Part shown: piece by piece, positions 54,331 to 64,000 of the stretch
How positions within the stretch are numbered: the first letter of the stretch is position 1
Layout: each line of letters begins with the position of its first letter
Program-made: the position numbers and the translations under genes
DNA from: Eledone cirrhosa
Taxonomy: Eukaryota
NCBI GenBank assembly: GCA_964016885.1
Contig: OZ024744.1
Span: 105,524,001-105,588,000, forward strand
Length of the DNA: 64,000 bases
Reading direction: 5' to 3'
Notes under the pieces: model-generated
The model's database searches: none
Seen by the model: only the letters and a program-made list of their open reading frames with translations
Told to the model about the DNA's origin: nothing

Positions 54331-54392
<62 letters not shown>

Positions 54393-54400
54393 TGTGTATA

Positions 54401-54468
<68 letters not shown>
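54331..54468. repeat. Long (TA)n microsatellite
   Basis: Directly visible. Confidence 0.97.
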
Positions 54469-54474
<6 letters not shown>

Positions 54475-55517
54475 AGCTGACAGCCGTATGTATGTAACAA
54501 ACTTTTCGCCAAACGGCTGGACCAAAAAGCACCAAATTTGCACCACAGATGTAACTTTTTCCAAGTAAGAAAGTGGGTATTTTTGTCTTCTAAATTTTGT
54601 TAAAAGGTTAAAGATATTTTATCGTTTATTTATGTTCAAATCTCAACACTTCCGGTTATACAACATTCCTCTCTCTTTCTTAGTCTGTCTTTTTAGATAG
54701 ATACATAGCTATAACGTCGTGCTCTTATAATATGTCTCTGTATGTCTGACTGTCTGCATTAGATACATAGCTATAACATCGCACGCTTATAATATCTGTC
54801 TGTCTGGCTGCCTGTCTGCATTGACTTTGCTTCTAACCAACTTTTAATTAATTCAGTGCAAAGATACCGCACGCCTTCTCAATAATTAATTATATATATA
54901 TATATAATTAGTAATAATAACAAATGTGAAGACTAAAATCCAAAGAGGGCTCGATAAAGATAAATATATATCAAATATATAAGAACCCTAGAGCAAATAT
55001 TGTTCTCATTGCTGACGTACTATCTTCGCTTTTTTCTGTTCATTGTCAGGGAACGTCTTCACGAACCAAAGTATCGTCTTCCTGTTTTCCTTCGGCTGCA
55101 ACGTTTTGTCGAAATATTTACTTCTGCATTCACAGATTGATTTTTTTAGTTTCAGAAGATCCCGTTAAGGGTGAAAGCAGCGATTCTTTGCTTAAACTTT
55201 AATCTGTTATTTTAATATATATATATATAATTATATATTCGTGTACAGATATTTTTGCATACACAAAAACAAAATATAAACAAATGTATTTATTTCACGA
55301 AAGCACAGATGGCATATCGTCATTGTTACTGCCGATAGATATGCCACCCAAAAAATCCCAGCCTGGCCGCAAGATCAGATTTTCTAGAAGAAAAAAATGT
55401 TACTAGAACAACAGAGAGACTAAGCTTCGCGATTACCATCAACAAAGCTCAGGGTCAAACCATAAAACTGGCTGGCCTTCATCTGGGAAAACCAATTGTA
55501 TGTAGGGAGCCCCAGAG

Positions 55518-55580
55518 CAGGTTCTCAACCCATTTAGGTCAAACGCCCCCTTTTGTCCCTCAAAATCACAAAAGGCCCCC
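55518..55580. mobile_element. Degenerate hAT Charlie-type TIR (3' end of the transposase-bearing element)
   Basis: CAGGTTCTCAACCC followed by subterminal GCCCCC motifs, ~650 bp downstream of the transposase stop. Confidence 0.55.
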
Positions 55581-56172
55581 TACCCTATTTTTCCATTTTT
55601 CATTATACTATTGATTTTGATATCAGTAGATTACTAAAAACTTGATTAACAATATTCCAAAGATACCATTGCAGGCAGCTGAGAGTATAAATACATTCCT
55701 TGAAAGGAAATATATAAATTTCAAAAAAAGGAACATAAATGTTCTTTTTTATGAATAAGGACCAGTTGAATTTGTTATATTCCCACCAGACGATACCAGC
55801 TATTTTGAACATTTATACAAGAGCAACTCTGTCTATCCAAAGAGTGCTCTTATCTGGAAGAAAGTGGCAATTATATCATTTCAAAGCTTTCCAATTTTCT
55901 CTTTAATGAAACGAACAGAATAAATGTTGATATCTAACTTGATGTCCCCTCTGCTTTGTGAGCTTAGAGACCACGGAAGAGGGTTTTCATGAAGAGGGTA
56001 TATTTATTAGTAAATGGTAAAATATATACAACAAATGAGTAAGTGAATTGTAGTAGATGGTTTCCAGTCCAGTCAGACTGCAACTACAAATAAAAAAATT
56101 GTTAGTTTGCTTTGTAACATTAGCATATCTAAGTTTTCGGATAAATCAACTTACTTTAACTTTGACTTCATT

Positions 56173-57120
56173 TCAATGGGACCCTTGAACTTTATGGAGT
56201 CTAGCTAACTCTTTGACGTCAGGCTGGATTTTCGTAAGATGTAGCCGGAGATCTCCACGTGTAATTATATTGTAGCGGTTGCGAGCCTTACTGTGCAGTC
56301 TGGAAACAGCACCAAACCTTCTCTTGACTAAGTATGAGCTTGGAAAAGGCAGAGAAAATCTCTTAGCCTCTGCATGTAGGTGTGGAAATCAACGCTGAAT
56401 TTCCTCTTGCATCCCAAAAAGGGGTTCACCTATTTTGGGAAATCTAATTTTGATCATGTCAACTGCTTGAAGTTCAATGAATTCTTCCTGAAATATAATG
56501 TCCAAATCATCAACGTTAGCTATGAAGGGATCTGCTACCCACATTGGGATGTCCATCGGCAAAAGGTCAACAAACCGTTCTCTCATGTTGTCTTGTAGCG
56601 CACAGAGGTGAGAGGTATAAATTTGTATTACAATGTTTTGAACATTGGCGACACTAGGAAAATTATAGAATTCCTGTCAACAAAGATTCCTTTCGATGAC
56701 ATTCAATTTGGCCAGGAATTTTTTCACAGCATTCCTTGCTTTAAGCAAGGTGATCTTCTTCCCCTGCAAAGCCAAAATGATGCTATTGCATTTGTTGAAG
56801 ATGTTGGTGAGGTAGGCGCAGTTTTGCCTCACATCGAGGGTTTTCTTGTACAGTTCTGTGTTGCGTCCTCGCAGAAACTCAATGATAGAGTCGAACAGTT
56901 CAAAGAAGTGAGTAAGACACTTGCCTTTTGAAAGCCACCTCACTTCATTATGAAGGAGCAACTTGACAAATTCTTCGTCATTATCTTGGCACAGTTGCCA
57001 GAAAATTCGTTCATTGAGGGAATGCCGTTTGATAAAATTGATGACATCAAGGGCCACCTGCAAGGATTTGCTCAGCGGCTTGCTGAGTTTCTTCACAGTG
57101 TTGTCGATGAATGACACAAT
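56173..57120 (-). pseudogene. hAT (Charlie/Buster, ZBED5/SCAND3-like) transposase C-terminal relic
   Basis: LLLHNEVRWLSKGKCL motif, YLTNIFNKCNSIILALQG and MRERFVDLL..IPMWVADPF. C-terminal FPSSYLV..RGDLRLHLTKIQPDVKEL..HKVQGSH* has its stop at 56173-56175. Stops and frameshifts are present. Confidence 0.9.
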
Positions 57121-57216
57121 GAACAACAAATACAGATAAATTTTCTCTCTCTCGAGTGACGAAACCCTTATGTTGGTCCACCATTGCTCTTGCGTCGTCC
57201 GTAGCACATGATACAA

Positions 57217-57503
57217 TGTGTGTTGTATGTGGTCCTAGATGTTTGTATTACCTGCTTATGTGTTGTATGTGGTCCTAGATGTTTGTATTACCTGCTTATG
57301 TGTTGTATGTGGTCCTAGATATGTGTGCTACCTCCTTATGTGTTGCATGTGGTCCTAGATGTGTGTATTACCTGCTTATGTGTTGTATGTGGTCCTAGAT
57401 GTTTGTATTACCTGCTTATGTGTTGTATGTGGTCCTAGATATGTGTGCTACCTCCTTATGTGTTGCATGTGGTCCTAGATGTGTGTGCTACCCGCTTCTG
57501 TGT
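57217..57503. repeat. 40-bp minisatellite (~7 copies)
   Basis: Unit TGTGTTGTATGTGGTCCTAGATGTTTGTATTACCTGCTTA; variants recur with a 120-bp period. Confidence 0.95.
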
Positions 57504-57900
57504 TTTTTTTTCTTCTTTTTTTTATTTGTAATATTATTTATAAATAGGGAATAAAATAGGTCTACATAGTGTTAACTCGTTACAGTTGAGTCAATAATTT
57601 CAGACATAAAATACCTTGTTATCGGTGAAGGAAAGATAAGATTCTAACCGGCTGCGCTTAAAATGTCCTTGACCCAGTTGACTGCGGGGTTTTTAATTTT
57701 TAGGATCTCAATTTCCGGTTAATGTCTAGATAACGCCTGCACACCTGCTCACAGCTGCAGTCAGACCAAGTTATGCTGTTTGCATGCTCATTCAAATGCA
57801 TTCACACTGGCTATCTCAAAAACTTGAGAGGCCGTGCGGTATCTTTGCCAGTATACCTAGCCGGGCGCCAGCCGGACGGGCCAGCTAGTATATATATATA

Positions 57901-58706
57901 CAGGGTGCGGACGATATTTGTTGGCAATTTTCAACTGCTAATTTTATGCAACTTTTTTTTACTTCCGTTGTCACTCTTGTCTTCATAAAAACAGTGACTA
58001 TATTTCCATTATTTATTTTCAGAATAATTAATTATGAATAATTTTGAACCTCCAAATTTGTGGAAGAGACACGGAGTTCTTCTTGGAATCTGCGCGGGAG
58101 GACAAATAAGGAAATTTAAGACTTTTTCAGCGTCAGCAGGAGAATGGTGGAAAAGGTCAGAAAGGAATTGAAAGATTCAGGATTCGACTACGAAGCAACA
58201 TCAGAGAGGAAAACACATGATCGACGATCTCACGCCCTCAGAACGCTGGTAGTTGCAGGTAGGCCGTACGTGTGGCAGCAAGACTCAGGGCCCTGCCATA
58301 CCAGCTGAAAGACCCAAGCCTGGCTGTCAGAGAACTTCATCGACCACACATCATCTGACATCTGGCCTCCCAGCTTGCCTACTGCAATCCCCTCGACTTC
58401 TTTGTGTGGGGCACAGTGGAATGAGACACCAACAGATCTAGCTGCAATACGAAAGACGATCTGAAGGCCAGGATCACAAGTGCCTTTAGGGGCCTAAGTC
58501 GGGGGACAGTGATGAATGCCTGTAGCCGGTTCCGAGGCTGCCTTGAGGCCGTCATCAAAGCCAATGGCAGGTTTATCAAGTAAGATCGAAAGAACAAGGC
58601 ATGAAGACAAACTGACCCAAGTTTGATAAATATATTTAAAAAATAAAACTTCTGTGTTATTTTTTCATAGACAGTAATCTTGCGAACAAATATCGTTCGC
58701 ACCCTG
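57901..58706 (+). mobile_element. Tc1/mariner superfamily DD37D (maT) transposon, internally deleted
   Basis: 27-bp TIRs CAGGGTGCGGACGATATTTGTTGGCAA and TTGCGAACAAATATCGTTCGCACCCTG (2 mismatches), with TA on both sides. The relic YVWQQD-SGPCH...WPPS.P.CNPLD-FFVWG has 37 codons between the two Asp, allowing one 1-bp deletion. Confidence 0.92.
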
Positions 58707-58810
58707 TATATATATGTATGTATGTAAAAGGTAAACAGAAATAACAACACAATCGGTACAGTATATGGAAGGGATATATTAGGTTAAAGCTTGATATAGC
58801 AGGAAGAGGG

Positions 58811-58846
58811 TCTTAACGTTTCGGATGCTAGTCCTTCATCAGAAGA
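58811..58846 (-). ncRNA. Minimal type I hammerhead ribozyme, Penelope-like element type
   Basis: Minus strand reads TCTT CTGATGA A GGA CTAGCA TCC GAAA C GTT AAGA, with stem I TCTT/AAGA and a palindromic loopless stem III. Confidence 0.7.
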
Positions 58847-59204
58847 AAGAATGAGAAATAAGATAGATTGAGGGGACGGGTGGGTTGCAATTGGAAAAAA
58901 TGTCTTTAGATAAAAATAATATGTCCATTCATCTTGACATCTCTTGCAACTCTTTTACTATTTCTCCCCTTTTTATATTTTTCTCCTTTGGCTAAGCCCT
59001 TGCACACTCTATATTTGTGTAATTTGTCTAAAGGCATAACTTGTCTCTACCTGTTTTGTTATGTCTGAGTGTGCACTGGAATGAATGGTATCAACCTTAA
59101 TGCACTGAAACTGTAGTAATTTCCAGAGGTTGACTGAGGAGATGGGACTGTCCATCTACCTGTTGTTTTTTCCACTGTCTTTGTTCTGTGCGCTCCCTGA
59201 ATAT

Positions 59205-60391
59205 ACATGGAAGCAGGGCCTAGAAAGAAGGAGTCTTAAAGTTAACCTGATAAAGACTAAGGTCCTAGTAAGTGGAAGAGAAAATAGAATCCAGATCCCC
59301 TCAGGGAAATGGCCTTGCTCAGTATGTAGTAAAGGTGTAGGTAGAAATTCCATCCTCTACCCCAAATGCAAACTATGGGTGCACAAGAGATGTAGTGGGT
59401 TACATGTAGAAGTTGCACGAGGACAGTAAGCAGCAAACGACCACAGGAAACAAGCACTACCAAATTTTGTGAGGGCTCTGTAGAAACATTAGAGAGCTTC
59501 TGCTACCTAGGTGACCGAATTAGCAGCAGCGGAGGTGGGTGTTCTGAAAGTACAGTAACTAGGGTAAGAAAGGGATGGAAGAAGTTCAGGGAGCTACTAC
59601 CACTGCTGGCTACAAAAGGCTTCTCCCTCAAATTGAAAAGCAGACTATGATGCGTGCATATGAACAGCAGTGTTACATGGTAGTGAGACCTGAACGTTGT
59701 GTGTAGAAGACTTGTGTTGATTAGAAAGAAATGAAGATTGCAAGCTTTGATAGATGTGCCATAGTAATATATGCAAACGGCAAAGCATAAATGAACTGAG
59801 AAAGAAACTAAGCATAAGAGGAATCAGATGCTGTGTGCAGGAGATGAGATTACATTGGTATAGACATGTGATGAGTATGAAGAATGACAGCTGCATAAAA
59901 ACGTTCAGAGCGCTCAAAGTCGATGGAAGCCTTGGAGTGGAGAGACCTAGGAAGACTTGGGATGAGGTGCTAAAAGTCGACCTTACCTAATTGCACCTTT
60001 CAAAGGTAATGACACAGGACCAAGATCTTTGGCGTTACACAATAAAACAGAAGACACAAATTCCTACAAGCACAGGCCGTATCTGAAGCATATGTATAGC
60101 ATGTACCACCCCACTCCACCCACTCCCATGAGGACAAACTAAAGTTACATCCAGTGAAGCACCCAGCCCACACTGTGAAGTGGTCGTGTGTCATGGTAAA
60201 AAATATCCACTACACACTGTAAACGAGGTTGGCGCTGCTAGGAAGGGCATGCAGCTGTAAAACCAAGCCAAAATCAGTTCTGTATGAGTATGACATGGTC
60301 ACCTGACCATGGCATTGCTCACAACAGGATAACTTGTGTAATTGATGCCAGTGTGGAAAAGCAGATGTTGAATGGTGATGATGATGATGAT
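59205..60391 (+). mobile_element. Older degenerate 3' fragment of the same RTE LINE family
   Basis: TWKQGLE...PSGKWPCSVCSKGVGRNSI...WVHKRCSG and RPRKTWDEVL with many stops, homologous 3' UTR, (GAT)n tail. Confidence 0.92.
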
Positions 60392-60411
60392 ATATATATA
60401 TATATGTATAA

Positions 60412-61455
60412 TTATTATCATCATTGTTTAATATCTATTTGTCCACGCTTGCATGAGTTAGGCAGGCCATCACATTATTAGACAAGTCAGATCAGGTGAC
60501 TATGTCTTGCTCATATGGATCTGTGTTTTGGCTTCATTTCTACAGCTGAATACCCTTCCTATCACTAATCCCCTTACAATGCGGGACTGGGTGGTTTTTA
60601 TTGTGGCACAAAATGACCACTTTACAGTGTGGATTGGGCACTTTTTGTTATGTCATAGATTCTACCATAGATTTGGGTATGAGGGTTAGATTTTCTGCAT
60701 ACAGAAGTTCCAATGGGGGGGGGGGGGGGGGGGGGGGGGGCAGTCTAAACTCTTCCATTACAGTTTGCAGGACAATAATAAACAGGAGAGAGCTAAGAAC
60801 ACCTACCTGAAGGACTCCTCCTTGCATACTGAAATTCTAACTATAATCATTGTTAATTCTAACTTTGCTCACTGCTCCTCTGTACAAGCCACCCATTTAC
60901 CTCTAGTTTCCTAATAGCCCACCAGATTATGGAGTGGGGGGACTCTGTCAAAAGCTTTCTCTGGGTCAACAAATGCCAAGTAGAGGGGTTTATTTTTAGC
61001 TAAGTACTTCTCCTGAAATTACCTCACAAGGAAAAGTGTATCAGTGATACTTTAACCTGGCTGAAATCCAAACTCATCTAGATTTACCCGGTCCCTAATC
61101 AGCTGTGCTATAACTCTTTCTGCAAATTTCATGACCTGGTCCATCAACTTGATGCCTCTATAGTTTCCTCTATCTAGTGTATCTCCTTTACCCTTGTAGC
61201 AGTCGACAATGACTAAGAAGTCACTATCACTCATTAGGGAGGTAGTGTGCATTAGAGATTTAAAATCCACCTGACAGTCCAGATTGAGGTAGATATGCAG
61301 ATATAATTGTTATAGTTGTTCTATTTAGTACTAATCTAAGTTTAATTATTTTATCATTTACTATATTTACAGCAATTACTTTATCTACCAATTTTACAGC
61401 TAATATGATACCTACTCCACCCAGCCTGTTGTCATTGCCCACCCAGAAACATTTG
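60412..61455 (-). mobile_element. Degenerate, internally deleted RTE copy in the opposite orientation
   Basis: Minus strand: APE segment GNDNRLGGVGI..SAYLPQSG joined to RT IVDCYKGKGDTLDRGNYRGIKL..WELLYAENL, then directly to a 3' UTR homologue and a TGA-type tail. Confidence 0.88.
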
Positions 61456-61519
61456 TAGAATAGTATTCCCCACAAGAAGTCTAGTTGACATTCCTCTCCA
61501 TCTTGTCTCTTGTACACAG

Positions 61520-62765
61520 CATGCATCAACTTTCTTTCACATAATGCATTTGTATGTTTTATTTGTTTAGTGGCAGAGTGGCTACGTTTGAATAAGGTCA
61601 ATAGATTTCTCTTCTTTACCAATAACAACTCACTTATCTCCTTGTCCTTCTCACTAAACCAATCCTGGTGCTTGCACTTTGCAAAACCAACCACATCAGC
61701 ACAGATATTATACACTGACTCCTTAAAGTATTTCCAGTTGTTTTCACATTCCACCTCATCCAGATGCTGGACAAGTCAAACTTTGATTTCAGGGTCTTTC
61801 AGGCAGATAACATCCAGTTTCTTTGGAAGTGTTGTCACCTAATTCTTAGCTTTATTACAACCTTAACCTTTCCCTTGACCAGCCTATGCTCAAACCACCA
61901 TTCAGCACCACACATCACATGAATGGTGCACACATCACATGAGTCATACTGTGAATTTTGAGATAGTCTAGGCAGATAACATCCAGTTTCTTTGGAAGTG
62001 TTGTCACCTAATTCTTAGCTTTATTACAACCTTAACCTTTCCCTTGACCAGCCTATGCTCAAACCACCATTCAGCACCACACATCACATGAATGGTGTAC
62101 ACATCACATGAATGGTGTACACATCACATGAGTCATACTGTGAGTTTTGAGATAGTCTATTAGATGGCATTATTTGGAGCTAGCATGCATCCATGGGGTC
62201 TTATATTTATGTTTCATTTAGAACATGTTATTGCAAATTCATAGATCAAGTCTGGCACACATTTGAAGTAGATAAATCTCATTGCTGTTGGATCTGCCCA
62301 TGCCTTAGAATCCATATCTACTCATGCATTGAAGTCACCAAGGATGATGAGTTTGTCAGCATGAGAAACCTTTTGAATAATTTCTTTCAGAGACATGTAG
62401 AAGGAAAGCTTCTCTTCTTCAGGTGCATAGTAGGAGTATAAAGGCCAACAAGCGCTGCATATTGGTCATTCACTAACAAAACTCTCATATACATAAACTT
62501 GTCATTAACTCCACAGGAGAGTTCTTCCAGACACGATACAAGAGTTGTTTTCCCTGTCAAAGCTGTATCAGATTCTTTCTTACACTCCTCCACTTTACTA
62601 TTCCAGTAAAAGCTGTAGCCACTGGCCTGTTCCGTAAAATGACCCTCACTCACGAGCCTTGTTATAACCATATTATAATGCTCTAATTCCTTTGCTATGA
62701 GCACAGATCTTCTTTCCAGATGTGTTGTGGCCATTCATTATCCAATAGTGTTTGGATGTTCCATC
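61520..62765 (-). mobile_element. Relic of a different RTE (BovB-like) LINE: endonuclease and linker region
   Basis: ERRSVLIAKELEHYN..EGHFTEQASGYSFYW..GVNDKFMYMRV..LYTPTM and NWKYFKESVY..VVGFAKCKHQDWFSEKDKEISELL; heavily decayed. Confidence 0.8.
61801..62160. repeat. ~169-bp tandem duplication within the LINE relic
   Basis: AGGCAGATAACATCCAGTTTC... starts at 61801 and 61970; the second copy has an extra internal ~20-bp repeat. Confidence 0.9.
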
Positions 62766-64000
62766 ACCAGTATCTTGCAGTAACAGGATGATAAGCAGGC
62801 ATGGGCTGTGGTGCCCCAGGACACCTGCTGACCCAGACTTATTTACCACTCATTCCAGAGATCTTATTGCCATTGGTTTTAACAATGTTATTAGCCTTCA
62901 TTGAATTTAGATTGTTGTTTAGGCTATAGCTGGCCATTATACTTTAGCAGAGAATTATATCTAGAGAGTTGTAATGTTGCCACGAGGAACCATCTTTGGT
63001 AGAAAGATATGATAGGAATATCGACAACGACTTTAGCTTGTTTTTACATTATTTATTAACAAAGGTTAAGAAGTGAATTAAGCTGGCATGCCAAGAATAA
63101 TGAAATCATTCAATTAAGATTACAAGAGAAAATACGGTCGACTGGCTGAGGCGTTTGGCCAGGTCCGTAGTAAAATTGTTGTGTCGTTACATATTGTTTG
63201 TGCTTACGGAGAAAAAGAACAAGTGGTGTTTACCTTAGCATGGTCAAGCTGCCAGAGTGAGATTCCTCAAATCTTCGCGGGCTATTTCTCCCTCAGGACG
63301 CGCAGGGATACATCCTCTTCTCCTGGTGCTGATTGGCTGAGCTGAGCCAAATCACGCACAGAGAATGTATGTGAGCCCGCGGATTGTAGGTCACTACAAT
63401 ACTATAAAGCAGAAAGATATTGGTGGTGATTAAGTGATATCTGTACTGGAAGCTTTTTCATTGAGGGAAGGCATTGCACAGGACCAAGCCCACTCTCTGA
63501 ACAGCAATGATAGGCATCCAAAGAGAAGAACAAGTCAACATTGGTTGCCATTGAGTTGCAAGTGGGCTTACTGTATACCTGGGTACCAACTCAGGAATAT
63601 CTATGTCTTCACATAACATTAGGCTTTTACACATATATAAAGTTATATTTATATTTACACACATGCACACTATTGGATGGGTGTTGGCTCTTTTGAGTTC
63701 TCCCACTGTTTGTCAGGTTTTGTTTTTCATCCTGTAGGATGTCTAATGAGTGAAGATGTGCCAAGAAATCCCAGTGGAATGAAGCCAGTGTAGAGGTAGA
63801 CCAAGGAAAACCTGAATGGAAGTGGTGAGAGCTAATCACTGAAGAAGAGATGATGAAGGAATGCTGCAAATGGAGAGATGCTGTGCTAACCAAGATCCCT
63901 CCAATCCATCCAAAAATAGAAAAGTAGATACAAAAGGGTGATGATGAGAGTGATGGTAAATTTATCTGGTTCCAGCCATTGTGGCTGTGGTTATATATAT

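Larger units (their letters stand above)
53177..54334 (+). mobile_element. Tandem array of 396-bp units each with a type I hammerhead ribozyme (non-LTR retrozyme / Penelope pLTR-like)
   Basis: Units start at 53177, 53573 and 53969 (exact 396 spacing). The third is truncated into (TA)n. Non-coding, with one hammerhead per unit. Confidence 0.85.
54460..57888 (+). mobile_element. Putative non-autonomous Helitron (5'-like start and 3' hairpin-CTAG end)
   Basis: Start TATATTATAAAGCTGA..GTATGTATGT..AAACGGCTGGACC..AAATTTG resembles non-autonomous Helitron 5' ends. End is GC-rich CCGGGCGCCAGCCGG, then CAGCTAG|T at 57885-57889. That both ends belong to one element is inference. Confidence 0.5.

Noticed and set aside
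62970-63398. Possible solo LTR (TGTAATG...CACTACA termini, AATAAA on the minus strand)
   Set aside because: The flanks (AGAGT and ATACT) give no target-site duplication, and there is no PBS, PPT or internal sequence to support it.
63480-63960. Possible further RTE or SINE 3' end remnants (GGCATCCA motif, GATGATGA tail)
   Set aside because: Too degenerate to delimit or assign by eye.

Overview
Eukaryotic, AT- and microsatellite-rich, repeat-only window with no recognisable host gene. The repeat content resembles a mollusc, probably a cephalopod such as Octopus; this is inferred from recalled repeat families. Positions 1-41.4 kb are one 34-bp satellite array that ends about 120 bp inside a hAT (Charlie/Buster-type) terminal inverted repeat. 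Next comes a 69-bp minisatellite, apparently SINE-derived, interrupted by a young 5'-truncated RTE LINE (APE-RT-PHD finger, two frameshifts) and by a 283-bp MITE with an 8-bp TSD. Further on are an ~800-bp long inverted repeat around 2.4 kb of (TA/CA)n, Helitron-like ends, a hAT transposase relic, an internally deleted DD37D (maT) transposon, a Penelope-type hammerhead and older RTE fragments. The most interesting element is a 396-bp tandem repeat at 52.8-54.3 kb (3 direct copies plus 1 inverted partial copy). Every copy carries a minimal type I hammerhead ribozyme, and the three direct copies also carry an octamer motif and a splice donor. This is the architecture of a non-LTR retrozyme, predicted to yield ~396-nt self-cleaved or circular RNAs. 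Coordinates were read by eye and may be off by a few bases.
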